Shown here: positions 25,419 through 38,732 of the stretch, piece by piece
Numbering within the stretch: position 1 is the stretch's first letter
Layout of the letters: the number at the start of each line of letters is the position of its first letter
Source: Squalus acanthias
Lineage: Eukaryota
Direction of reading: 5' to 3'
Length of the DNA: 64,000 bases
Assembly: GCA_030390025.1 (NCBI GenBank)
Contig: JASTWF010000336.1
Coordinates: 124,001-188,000 of the forward strand
Made by a program: the position numbers and the translations under genes
Notes under the pieces: model-generated
Seen by the model: the letters and a program-made list of their open reading frames with translations, nothing else
What the model was told of the DNA's origin: nothing
Database searches by the model: none

Positions 25419-25850
25419 TGTGTTTGTGTGTCCGCTCTCATCGCCGGATTTCAGAGACCCTCTTGTGTAAAATTCAAAGATTTCACTGTCATAGGATCGC
25501 CCTGCCCCCCTGCTCAGCCCCGAAGTGCGAATTAAACGTGAAGTTTTATTTGATTTCAAATTTGAGCCGAAATACAGCGACCGTTTCCGCGATCGGGTGA
25601 GAGAGCGCCATCAGTGCAGCATTGAAACGGCTTTAAATCGAAATTGCTGCCTTGAATTGTGATTAAACTTTCTCGACAGGCAAACATCCCGGTCTTCGAG
25701 ACAGAAAGAGGCCAGTCTGGGAATCTGGAGTGCCCGAGTTTAATTGGAATCGGAGAGTTAATGAGGAGAGAGAAACACAGAGAGGCTGGAGGGGCCGGGA
25801 GCTGACAGCAGGATGTCTCCGCCCCGTCCGCTCGCTGCCTTTAAGTTGCT
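25419..25850 (+). promoter_or_regulatory. H1 promoter: TG-box-like element, AC (H1) box, GC box, TATA-like CTTTAAG
   Basis: AAACACA at 25773-25779 and its exact reverse complement TGTGTTT at 25419-25425. TGTGTTA also occurs at 25383-25389. Confidence 0.65.
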
Positions 25851-25923
25851 CTGTGTCGCCGCCTCTCGTTTCATTTCTGACCCAACTCTGACTGTCAGAG
25901 AGATTTTCTGCACAGTCGCGGAC

Positions 25924-26535
25924 ATGACTGAGATTGCAGCCGCCGAAACGGCTCCTCCTGCCGCCGTCGCTCAAACCAAGTCTCCCATCAAGAAGAAGAA
26001 GGCGACTCCCCGCTCCAAGGCAACCGGTCCCACGTTGGGCGAGCAGATCCTCAAGGTTGTGGCGAGTGGCAGCGGTCGCAAGGGGATGTCCCTGGCCGCA
26101 ATAAAGAAGGTTCTGGCTGCCAACGGCGTCGATGTGCAGAAGTTACGGTCCCAGATCATTTTAAGTATCAAGAGGAAAGTGGAAAACGGCTCCCTGGAGC
26201 AGACCAAGGGCACGGGCGCCGCGGGCTCCTTCAGGCTCGCTAAGAAGGAATCCCAATCGAAAGAGGGAAAGAAGGTGAGGAAACCGGCAGCCAAGAAATC
26301 TCCAGCCAAGAAACCAGCAGCCAAGAAATCTCCAGCCAAGAAAACGATCGCCAAGAAGGCACCAACATCAAAAAAGCCAGCGAAAGTGGCGGCTGGGAAG
26401 AAGGTTGCGGCGAAGAAGCCCAAGAGCCCCAAGAAGGCCACAGGCGGACTGGTGAAGGTGGCCAAGAAGGTGGAAAAACCCAAGGCCAAGCCCAAATCAG
26501 CAAAGTCTCAGAAAGCAGCGACCAAAAGAAAGTAA
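25924..26535 (+). CDS. H1: Histone H1 (203 aa)
   Basis: [12 protein letters not shown]..., globular domain ([11 protein letters not shown]...[13 protein letters not shown]), K/A/P-rich tail with KSPAKK repeats, followed by a stem-loop. Confidence 0.95.
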   Translation: MTEIAAAETAPPAAVAQTKSPIKKKKATPRSKATGPTLGEQILKVVASGSGRKGMSLAAIKKVLAANGVDVQKLRSQIILSIKRKVENGSLEQTKGTGAAGSFRLAKKESQSKEGKKVRKPAAKKSPAKKPAAKKSPAKKTIAKKAPTSKKPAKVAAGKKVAAKKPKSPKKATGGLVKVAKKVEKPKAKPKSAKSQKAATKRK

Positions 26536-26566
26536 AAAGGACAACTTGTAAACATCTGAACCCAAA

Positions 26567-26582
26567 GGCTCTTTTCAGAGCC
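26567..26582 (+). terminator. Histone 3' stem-loop of H1
   Basis: CCAAA-GGCTCTTTTCAGAGCC-ACCCA then AAAAGAGCTG. Confidence 0.95.
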
Positions 26583-27426
26583 ACCCAAGTCTTTCCAAAA
26601 AGAGCTGATCGCGGAATCAAATGATCCATGTCCCGGGGCCGGGCTCAGACTCCCGATTGAAATCATTTCAAATGAATCCCCGGCTCCCTGGTGACTCGCT
26701 GACATTCGCTGCACCCACCCCTCCCCCAGTGGCTGCAATAAATCAGATTGGGCTGTCCGGGCCGGGCCTCACTCTAACTGGGGCAGGGGGGTGTTCGGCT
26801 CCAGTCTCAGTTCATGGTCATTTTCAGTTCACAGGTTCAGGGTGAGAGTTTCTGTGAGACGGTGACACTGGCGGAGATACCCCGCGTCACAACTCAAACC
26901 CCAACACATGAGATTCTCCAAATCACCTGGAATAAGGTGATTGTAAACTGCTGAACCCGTCTGTGAGGGAAGTGTGGGGAGATGGAATAAGGGCAGAGAT
27001 TGACATGGAAGGAGACGGGTTGACTTGTGATAGAAGGGACAGTATATCGGCGGGAATATTACTGATTGTTAATTGTAACAGGACCTTACTTAAAAGATTC
27101 TGGTTTCAGGAAACCCTCGAATATGAAGTCCGAGTCTGTAAGGGTTTGTGCGGAGCGCTGGGTTTCGATTCTATTGTCGATAAACGGTTTGAAATTGGCG
27201 GTTGGAGAAAGCTGGAGGTGCAGCTGGAAGATCAGAGGCCGCTCTCTGCTCTGTCTGTCACTCTTGAAACTGTCTCCTCCCCTCCCGCTCTCTCTGTTTA
27301 ATCTCTCACTCTGTCTCCTCCCCTCCCCGCCTCTCTCACTCTGCGCTTTCTCAGTCAGGTCGGAGTCGGCTGTATATAACAGCAGCCAGAAGCAGTCCGT
27401 TTCTCATTCAGCAGAAGTTTGAGTGA

Positions 27427-27747
<321 letters not shown>

Positions 27748-27781
27748 ACAACTCGACTCTTTCCACCAAACACAACACAAA

Positions 27782-27797
27782 GGCTCTTTTAAGAGCC
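27782..27797 (+). terminator. Histone 3' stem-loop of H4
   Basis: GGCTCTTTTAAGAGCC-ACCCA and CAGAGAGAGC. Confidence 0.95.
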
Positions 27798-28948
27798 ACC
27801 CACCGCCTCACAGAGAGAGCAGTGACCTGGGAACGGGAGCTGGGGTAGATTGTGCTCAAAAGTAGATTGTGGTCAGAAATATTAGTAACGGATTTGCGCT
27901 GTGTTCTGAATTTTGGAATCTGAATTTCGCTTTCTGTTGCACCAGATTTATTGAAAGTTTTTCCCCAGACGGCAGATGCTCCCTCTCGGTGAAAAATCAC
28001 ATCACATCACATTTGTTCATTGTGTTATTCTATAATAATTATCTGGCTGGTCGGGCAGGAGCCGTTGAATGGGTCACTGAAAAGAGTCCAACTTGTGAAT
28101 TATTTCCCGCCAGACGGTGATGTCCGGCACTGATACTGACAGGGTTTGTGAAATTGAACAATTTCAGCTCAGATCTGAAATTACCGCAGTTTTTGAGCCC
28201 GCTCTAACCCGAGTTTACTTCTGATTGGCGGTCCGCGTCACAATCCCATTTCTTAACCAATCGCAGAGCCGCAGATTAGAAAATAAGCACATCATTGGTT
28301 GAAATTGTCGACCTGGCAAAATGTTTGATTTTTTTTGTATTTGAAAAAGCCCGCCAATTCCAGTGCCGGAAAGAAGCGAGTTAATCGAAAGTCTAATTTC
28401 CAGGGAACGATTTTAAAATCTCGGGCCTTTCGTTCTGTTATTCTCGGTTCACCGTCACACATTCCTGGCGCTGTTCCACGAACAGGTTTAATTTGTCAGC
28501 CTCTTATCTGTAACAGGCTGCAATAAGTCTCCACTCAGCAATCTAAAATGTGCCGAGTGTCAGATCGCTCACTGCACAGTTACCGAATGACAGATTATTG
28601 GCCAAGCCCTTCTCACAGGCTCCACGGGGACAGAGAGAAGCGACTGATTTCTGATCCTCTCCCCTGAAAGCGGCGCCTAACGTCACAATCGGACGGGCGG
28701 AGGGAAAGTCTGAATGGGCTGGAGAGGAGAGGGAGAGGATTAGAGTGGAAGAGCGGGAGATTGGCGCGGGACCCTATCCCCGCTCCTGTCAGCATCAACA
28801 GCCCAGAGTGCGGGCAATGGGAAGGGCCCTAAAGCACCAAGTCGAGGAAGTTACATTTAAAACGTTCAATGATTCTGGTAATGATCATTTCAATATGTGC
28901 AGAATAAAATCGATTCGTCTCAAAACGGTTATTTCCTGCACTAAAATT

Positions 28949-29571
<623 letters not shown>

Positions 29572-29615
29572 ACTCACCCTGCCCGGCTCCAGACTTTAGC
29601 ACCAAATACAACAAC

Positions 29616-29631
29616 GGCTCTTTTAAGAGCC
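29616..29631 (+). terminator. Histone 3' stem-loop of H3
   Basis: GGCTCTTTTAAGAGCC-ACCA then GGAAAGAGCT. Confidence 0.95.
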
Positions 29632-30035
29632 ACCAAATCAGCACAGGAAAGAGCTCTGATCGGCGCAAGGCATACTGATCTTTACATTCCGTGCACGTCC
29701 TGTAGTGTTACTGGAACTGGGCATTTATAACGTGGGCTGAGCACACACCTGAATAATGGGGGTGGGAAACTAGAAGTAGGAGCTCTGGTAGTTAATTGCT
29801 CCCACTCCACATACCGAGAATGAGGTAGCGGAGGTCTGAATCTCAACTATAAATCAGGTCTTGTTGCTGGGACAGGTGGGAACCTCAGTTAATATTTGGA
29901 ATATTTTAAATGAACCGGAGCTGTAATGCTGGCTCCATTTTGTCTAAATTAAAAGGGAAAATAATTGTATTCAGGATGTATATACTTCTCCCCGTGGCAT
30001 TATTTCCCCCTAACCGCCCATCAACAACTCCTTTA

Positions 30036-30157
30036 CGATAGCAAAATAGTGCGGATGCTGGAAATCCGAAATAACAGAAAACGCTGGAAAAACTCAGCGG
30101 GCCAGACAACATCCGTGGGGAAAGAGTTAACGTTTCAGGTCGATGACCTTTCGTCAG
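30036..30157 (-). mobile_element. 122-bp Penelope-like family A insertion: hammerhead motif plus tail
   Basis: 13-bp TSD aacaactccttta at 30023-30035 and 30158-30170. Minus strand GTT-CTGACGA-AAGGTCATCGACCT-GAAACGTT-AAC. Confidence 0.82.
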
Positions 30158-30482
30158 AACAACTCCTTTATACTCGGTTCTCCGACAGACTGTTCAATGC
30201 CGGCCGCGCTCAAATTTCCGTCGGTTGTTTTTCTCTGAAGCCGGTCCCCCTCTATATTAAATCACTGATCTGAATAGCCGGTAACAGCAAACCTGCGGCA
30301 GTGTGTGTGGATCTATATTTCAAGATATCCGACAGTGTGTCCTGTTTATAACCGAGAATGCCATTCATTTGTGATCAGGAAACTCCCAGCTTAATTGCAG
30401 AAATTCAATGTTTAATTAAATCCGGGATAAGTGTGATTCATATAACAGAACAAGGAGCAGCCCTTTCTCAGATACAGTGGGT

Positions 30483-30498
30483 GGCTCTGAAAAGAGCC
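30483..30498 (-). terminator. Histone 3' stem-loop of H2A
   Basis: Minus strand GGCTCTTTTCAGAGCC-ACCCA. Confidence 0.95.
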
Positions 30499-30528
30499 TT
30501 TGGGTTATTAGATTGAATCTTGTCCGCT

Positions 30529-30954
<426 letters not shown>

Positions 30955-31239
30955 CTACGCTCACATCTGCCCTTCTTATACCTTCCTGAGGAATTCAGGT
31001 ACTGAGCTTGTGATTGGTCGCTCTGTGGTGAATTTCATTGGTCCTTTCCGGTGGCCAATCACAGCCTGCTTCTCCCGCCAATGAAAAGAGGGCGGAAATA
31101 ACTGTCAACAGTCAGACCGCCAACGATTTCTAAATTTACAAAGCCCGCCAATATTTTCCTAAACTAGAGAATTAATTTAATAAATTCACCATTAGCCAAG
31201 AATTTCCGAACTTTTTAAAATTCCTTTTGCCTTATTCCA

Positions 31240-34059
31240 TTTTAACAGCACAAATAGATGTAAACGGATACAATATAATTACAATTACGGAGACATGGCT
31301 GCAGGATGACCAAGGCTGGGAGCTGAATATCCAAGGATATTCGATATTTAGGAAGGACAGGCGAAAAGGAAAAGGAGGTCGGGTGGCCTTGTTAGTAAAG
31401 GATGAAATCATAGCAATAGTGAGAAAGGATATTGGATAAGAAAATCAAGATGTAGAATCAGTCTGGGTGGGGCTAAGAAGCACCAAGGGGCAGAAAGCAT
31501 TGGTGGGAGTTGTCTATAGGCCTCCAAACAGTAGTGGTAATGTAGATGATGGCATCAAACAGGAAATTAGAGATGCATGTGACAAGGGTACTACAGTAAT
31601 CATGGGTGACTTTAATCTACATATAGACTGGTCAAACCAAATTAGCAATAATACTGTGAAGTGTGTACGAGATTTTTTTTAGACCAGTACGCTGAGGAGC
31701 CAACTAGGGAACAGGTTATCCTAGATTGGGTATTGTGCAATGAGAAGGTGTTAATTAATAATCTTGTTCTGCGGGATCCTATAGGGAAGAGTGACCATAA
31801 CATGATAGAATTCTTCATTAAAATAGAAAGTGAAGAAGTCTAATCTGAAACTAGGGTCCTAAATCTAAACAAAGGAAACTACGATGGTATGAGGAGTGAG
31901 TTGGCTATGATAGATTGGGGAGCTTCATTAAAAGACATGGGTAGGCAATGGCTAACATTTAAGGAACGAATGCACGAATTGCAACAGTTATACATTCCTT
32001 TCTGGCGCAAAAACACAAAGTAAAAGCGGCCCAACCATGGCCAGCAAAATAAATTAAGGATAGTATTCGATCCAAAGAGGAGTCATTTAAAGTTGCCAGA
32101 AAAAGTAGCAAGCCTGAGGAGTGGGAGCTGTTTAGAGTTCAGCAAAAAAGGACCAATAGATTGATTAAGTGGGGAAAAATAGAATATGAGAGTAAACTTA
32201 CAAGGAACATAAAAGCGGATTGTAAAAGCTTCTACAAGTATGTAAAAGGAAATGATTAGTGAAGACAAATGTAGGTCCCTTACAGTCAGAAACGAGATAT
32301 TTTTTAATGGGGAACAAGGTAATGGCTGAGCAATTAAACAAATACTTTGGTTCTGTCTTCACAGAAGAGGACACAAATAACTTCCCAGAAATGCTAGGGA
32401 ACCAAGGGTCTAGTGAGAAGGAGGAATTAAAGGAAATTAGTATTAGTAAAAAAACAGTGCTGGAGAAATTAATGGGACTGAAAGCTGATAAATCCCCAGG
32501 GACTGATAATCTGCATCCCAGAGTACTAAAAGAGCTAGCCATGGAAATAGTGGATGCATTGGTTGTCATGTATAAAATTCTATAGATTATTGAACAGTTC
32601 CTGCAGATTGGAGGGTGGCAAATGTAACCCCACTATTTAAAAAAGGAGGGAGAGAGAAAACAGGGAACTACAGATCGGTTTGCCTAACATCAGCAGCAGG
32701 GTAAATGCTAGAGTCTATTATAAAGGATGTGATAACAGGACACTTAGAAAATATCAACGGGATTAGACAAAGTCAACATGGATTTATGAAAGGGAAATCG
32801 TGTTTGACAAACCTACTGGAGTTTTTTGAGGATGTAACTGCTAGAATAGATAAGGGAGAACCAGTGGATGCTGTGTATTTGGATTTTCAGAAGGCCTTTG
32901 ATAAAGTTCCACATAAGATGTTAGTGTGCAAAATTAAAGCATATGGGATTGGGGGATTGAATGGAAAATTGGTTAACAGACAGGAAACAGAGAGTAGGAA
33001 TAAATGGCTCTTTTTTGGGTTGTCAGGTGTTGACTAGTGGGGTACCGCAGGGATCAGTGTTTGGGTCCCAGCTATTCACCATATATATCAATGATTTGGA
33101 TGAGGGAACCAAATGTAATATTTCCAAGTTTGCTGACGACACGCAACTAGGTGGGATTGTGAGTTGTGAGGAGGATGCAAAGAGGCTTCAAGGCGATTTA
33201 GACAAGTTGAGTGAGTGGGCAAATACATGGCAGATGCAGTATAACGTGGATGAATGTAAAGTTATCCAATTTGGTCGGTAAAACAGAAAGGTAGAGTATT
33301 ACTTAAATGGTGATAGATTGGGAAATGCTGATATACAGAGGGATCTGGGTGTCCTGTACAACAGTCACTGAAAGCAAACATGCAGGTGCAGGAAGCAGTT
33401 AGGAAGGCAAATGGTATGTTGGCCTTCATTGAAAGAGGATTTGAGTACAGGAGCAAGGATGTCTTACTACAGTTGTACAGGGCCTTGGTGAGACCACACC
33501 TGGAGTACTGTGTGCAGTTTTGGTCTCCTTACCTAAGAAAGGATATACTTGCTGTAGAGGGAGTGCAGCGAAGGTTCACCAGACTGATTCCTGGGATGGC
33601 AGGACTGTCGTATGAGGAGAGATTGGGTCGACTAGGCCTGTATTCACTGGAGTTTAGAAGAATGAGAGGGGATCTCATTGAAACGTATAAAAGTCTGACA
33701 GGGCTAGACAGACTGGATGCAGGGAGGATGTTTCCCCTGGCTGGGGGGCCTAGTACGAGGGGTCACAGTCTCAGGATATGGGGTAGGACATTTAGGACTG
33801 AGATGAGGAGAAATTTCTTCACTCAGAGGGTGGTGAACCTGTGGAATTCTCTACCACAGAAGGCTGTGGAGGCCAAGTCACTGAATATATTTAAGAAGGA
33901 GATAGATAGATTTCAAAACACAAAAGGCATCAAGGGTTATGGGGAGAGAGTGGGAATATGGTATTGAGATAGAGGATCAGCCATGATCATATTGAATGGC
34001 GGAGCAGGCTCGAAGGGCCGAATGGCCTACCCCTGCTCCTATTTTTCTATGTTTCTATG
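31240..34059 (+). mobile_element. CR1/HER1 LINE, near-complete but degraded ORF2 (APE + RT) with 3' tail
   Basis: ITETWL, GVVYRPP, MGDFNL, SDHNMI, RT motifs, ttctatgt tail. Absent from the paralogous site at ~40510-40570. Confidence 0.93.
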
Positions 34060-34634
34060 TAACAGGCGGTAATCGATCCCCATTGATTCTGTAACGGGAC
34101 ACATTCCAGCTCAATCTTTGTAAAAGTGAGGTTTCACAGATTATCGATCGATCCTTTGCACAGGCGCTGCTGCGGGAGTGAAGCCAGAACTGGGAGTCCT
34201 TCTGAGAAAAGAGAAGAGGGACAGAGTGTTCAAACTGTCCCGGTTCTGGTCTCTGTAAGAACTCCCATTCTGGGTAGTTACAATGCAGGAGAACGACCAA
34301 TAACAAAAGAGACCCTCACCTGTCCTTCTGCCCTGATGCTGCCTTTATCAGACCGTCTGATTTAACACGTTTCTTATTTGTAACTGCTGCTTTAAATACA
34401 GTAATTATTTTAGTATTACCTTCCCCTGGAGTATCCACAGCACTGTTTGTGACCTGAACTCTGCTCTTCTCCCTTTTTTGTGTATCTAACTACCATTTTT
34501 ACTACTGTTTCTGACTGAGAACAGATTTATTAGTTTAAAGTCCTTTTTCATTCTATGGGAGATGATGAAAGTTTTTTGTCAATTGTAATTTAGAAATGGC
34601 AGAGGCAATTATTTTGTTATACAATCCTGCTGCC

Positions 34635-35007
34635 GGACATCTCAAAGCACTTTACAGCCAATTAAGTATTATTTTGTTGAGTGGAGTCACTGTTGTAACG
34701 TGGGAGATGCGGCAGCCAATTTGCGCACAGCAAGCTCCCACAAACAGCAATGTGATAATGACCAGATCATCTGTTTTTGTTATATTGGTTGATGACTACC
34801 CTGCTCTTTATCTGAATAGTGCCATGGGATCTTTTACGTCCACCTGAGAGAGCAGACGGGGCCTCGGTCCGAAAGACAGCACCTCCGACAGTGCAGCACT
34901 CCCTCAGCACAGCTCTGGAGTGTCAGCCTAGCTTTGTGTTACGGTCCCTGGAGTGGGACTTGAACCCACAACCTTCTGACTCAGAGGCGAGTGAGCCACA
35001 GCCGACA
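34635..35007 (-). mobile_element. SacSINE1-like DeuSINE
   Basis: Minus strand tRNA-like head (gggttcaagtcccactcca), Deu-like core gagggagtgctgcactgtcggaggtgc, L2-like tail gtaaagtgctttgagatgt. Confidence 0.75.
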
Positions 35008-35060
35008 CAGGCACCATAAATCAGTTCTGACCAGTGAGGGGTATATAAAAGTACCTCGGT

Positions 35061-35132
35061 TGCGATGGCCGGGAATCGAACCCGGGTCAACTGCTTGGAA
35101 GGCAGCTATGCTCACCACTATACCACCATCGC
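35061..35132 (-). tRNA. tRNA-Gly(TCC)
   Basis: GCGATGGTGGTATAGTGGTGAGCATAGCTGCCTTCCAAGCAGTTGACCCGGGTTCGATTCCCGGCCATCGCA: 72 nt, complete cloverleaf, intact A and B boxes, TTTT terminator at 35047-35050. Confidence 0.96.
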
Positions 35133-35436
35133 TCAGATGTTAATGTTTTTATATTTACAGACTAACTACTTGTTTCGGATCCTAAGCGGGACAAATAAGA
35201 TACTCAGCAATCATTTTAATCAGTACGTAAGCACTATACTGAGGCACCTTCCCTCCAATTAAAAATGGCCACTGTGAATAGTTAACTTGCTTCGACTGAA
35301 CCGTCACCCCATTTAATATTTTAAAGCCGTTTATAGTTTAAAAACAGTTATACACAAAAAATAGTTGAAAATCAGGTTCATGGGAGGAGCAAATGGATGA
35401 TGATTGTGTTTTGTAAATTTTAGAGAAATGGCATTT

Positions 35437-36845
35437 AGAACATAAGAATATAAGAAATAGGAGCAGGAGTAGACCATTTGGCCCATCGAGCCTGCTCTGT
35501 CATGCAATAAGATCATGGCTGATCTTTTACCTCATCTCCACTTTCCTGAACTATCCCCATATCCCTTGATTCCCTTAATATTCAAACATCTATCAATCTT
35601 TGTCTTCAATATACTCATGACAGAGCCTCCACAGCCCTCTTGGGTAGAGAATTCCAAAGATTCACCACCCTCTGAGTGAAGAAATTTCTTCTCATCTCAA
35701 TCCTAAATGGCCGACCCCTTATCTGAGACTGTGACCCCTGGTTCTAGACTCCCCAGCCAGGGGAAGCATCCTCCCTGCATCTACCCTGTCAAGCCCTGTA
35801 AGAATGTTATACATTTCAATGAGATCACCCTTCATTCTTCTAAACTATAGAGAATATAGGCCTAGTCTACTAAATCTTTCTCCCAATCCCAGGAGCAGTC
35901 TGGTGAACCTTCGTTGCACTCCATCTATGGCAAGTATATCCTTCCTTAGGTAAGGAGACCAAAACTGTAAACAATACTCCAGTTTCTGTCTCACCAGGGC
36001 CCTATATAATTGCAGTAAGACGTCTTTACTCTTATACTAATAAAGGCCAACATCCCATTTGCTTTCCTAATTGCTTGATGTACCTGCATGTTAACTTTCA
36101 GTGATTCGTGTACAAGAACACCCAGGTCCCTCTGAGCACCAACATTTCCCAATCTCTCACCATTTAAAAAATACTCTGATTTTCTATTTTTCCTACCAAA
36201 GTGGATAACTTCACATTTCTCCACGCTATATTCCATTTGCCACGTTCTTGCCCGTTCACTTAACCTGTCTATATCCCCTTGAAGCCTCCTTGCATCCTCC
36301 TCACAACTTACATTCCCACCCAGATTTGTATCATCAGCAAACTTGGATATATTACGTTTGGTCCCCTCATCCAAATCATTGATGTAGATTGTGAATAGCT
36401 GAGGCCCAAGCACTGATCCTTGCAGTACCCCACTAGTTACAGCCTGCCAACCCGAAAATGACCAGTTTATTCCTACTCTGTTTTTTGTCTGTTAACCAAT
36501 CCTCAATCCATGCTAGTATATTACCTCCAATTCCATGAGCCCTAACTTTGTTTAATAACCTCTTGTGTCACACCTTATCGAATGGCTTCAGAAACTCCAA
36601 ATACACCACATCCACTGGTTCCCCCTTATCTATTCTGCTGTTACAAACTCAAAATCTCTAACAGATTTGTCAAACACGATTTCCCTTTCATAAATCCGTG
36701 TTGACTCTGACCAATGCTATTATTATTTTCTAAGTGCCCTGTTACCACGTCCTTAATTATAGATTCTAAAATTTTCCATACTACTGATGTCAAGCTAACT
36801 GGTCTGTAGTTCACCGTCTTCTCTCTCCCTCCTTTCTTAAACAGT
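35437..36845 (-). mobile_element. CR1/HER1 LINE, 5'-truncated
   Basis: LGPQLFTIYINDLD...KFADDT and an agaacata tail. Confidence 0.9.
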
Positions 36846-36914
36846 ACTGGAAAATTTACTGGAAGGCACTAAACTCCGATAGTGTGACCTAAACTGTATT
36901 AATATGAGCTTGGT

Positions 36915-36987
36915 TGCGAAGCCACGAATCGAACCCGAATCAAGTCGCTACGAAGGGCAGCTGTGTTCTCCAGTGTACCACCATCGC
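36915..36987 (-). pseudogene. Degenerate tRNA-Gly pseudogene
   Basis: Minus strand GCGATGGTGGTACACTGG...CGGGTTCGATTCGTGGCTTCGCA. The anticodon arm is disrupted; flanks resemble those of the intact tRNA. Confidence 0.75.
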
Positions 36988-37173
36988 TCTAATTTTAAAA
37001 TGTAAGCCTCTGTATTTACAGATCACACGCCATGGGTCTTTGGAGCGTCAGTCAGGACGAGTAAAACACTTTGCAATCATCTTAATTTGAACGTAAACAA
37101 GGTGTTCAGGTTATTTCTCTCCAATTTAAAATAGTTGCTGATGAAGGGTTATCTTGTTGCACTACTGACTGGC

Positions 37174-37372
37174 GGCCAGGAGATGGCACCAAAGTCCAAT
37201 AGTTTGGAGTGTGCGGATTGTGTTCCACACATTCAGACCGCAGTGAGTCTGGAGCTGCCCGGGGAGCTGGCCAAGCACGCCGTGTCGGAAGGGACAATGC
37301 CGGTGGCCATTGCAAATAAATTTCACAACGCACTGAAAAAGCATAAAACAAAGCAACGGCTCTTTTGAGAGG
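37174..37372 (+). pseudogene. H2B 3'-end pseudogene fragment fused to non-histone sequence
   Basis: [22 protein letters not shown] codons, then a broken stem-loop cggctcttttgagagg. Same 5' junction as the 21.1-kb copy. Confidence 0.8.
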
Positions 37373-37454
37373 AAAGCACAGCATTAATTTAATCGAATTA
37401 TTCATTCCGACCATCGTCCTTTTATAGAATCACAGAACGATTCAGTATTTCAGG

Positions 37455-37838
37455 GGTCCGAGGGGAGACTTGATTGAGGTGTATATGATGGGCCTAGATA
37501 GAGTGGATAGGAAGGACCCATTTCCCTTAGCAGAGAGGTCAATAACCAGGGGGCGGAGATTTAAAGTAATTGCCGGAAGGATTAGAGGAGAGTTGAGAAG
37601 AATTTTTTAATCCCAATGGGTGGTTGGGGGTCTGAAACTCACTGCCTGAAAGGCTGGTAGAGGCAGAAACCCTCATCGCATTCAAAAAAGTACTTGGATA
37701 TGCGGTTGAAGTGCCGTAAACTGCAAGGCTACGGAACAAGTGTTTGAAAGTGGGCTGAGGCTGGATAGATATTTTTTGGCTGACAGACACGATGGGCCGA
37801 ATGGCCTCCTTCTGTGCCGTAAATTTCTACGAGTCTAT
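37455..37838 (+). mobile_element. CR1 LINE 3' fragment
   Basis: gagggggagacttgattgaggtgtat (RGDLIEVY) through the gggccgaatggcctccttctgtgccgt tail. Confidence 0.85.
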
Positions 37839-37998
37839 GAATAAAGGCCATTCGGCCCATCGTACCTATGGTGATTTAAAACACCTCCACACTAAGATAT
37901 AAATCTTGAGAGTAAAATATAGATTTACATCGAATACAATGTAAATGAACTATCTACCCTCGTTCCCAGGTCACTGCTCCCTCTGTGAGGCGGTGGGT

Positions 37999-38014
37999 GG
38001 CTCTTAAAAGAGCC
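37999..38014 (-). terminator. Histone 3' stem-loop of H4
   Basis: Minus strand GGCTCTTTTAAGAGCC-ACCCA. Confidence 0.95.
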
Positions 38015-38048
38015 TTTGTGTTGTGTTTGGTAGAAAGAGTCGAGTTGT

Positions 38049-38369
<321 letters not shown>

Positions 38370-38732
38370 TCACTCAAATCGTCGCTAAATGAGAATCTCT
38401 CGCCTTGCAGCTTTATTTATACAGCCTGAGCGGACCTGGCTGAGAAAGGCAGACTGTGCGTGAGGCGGACGGGAGGGAATTTGAATGAGAGACAGAGCAG
38501 AGAGCGGGAAGGGAGGAGACAGATCCAGAGTGAAAGAGAGAAAGGGCTCTGAGCTTCCAGCAACCTCTCCAAGTTGAAGTTACAATCCTCTTTAAAATCT
38601 TCACCATACTTCACACAAATTCAGATAAATCCTGATAATCAAGGATTGATATTCCGGGATTTCTAGAAAAGCAATAGCCGGACAATATAATTAAAATTCA
38701 TTAAATGTGTCCCGCTGCACTTCAAATCTATT

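Noticed and set aside
25813..25923. N-terminal extensions of H1, H3, H2A and H2B in the ORF track
   Set aside because: They begin upstream of or within the TATA/5' UTR, or at non-ATG codons. The canonical starts are 25924, 29161, 30918, 40278, 3917 and 41389.
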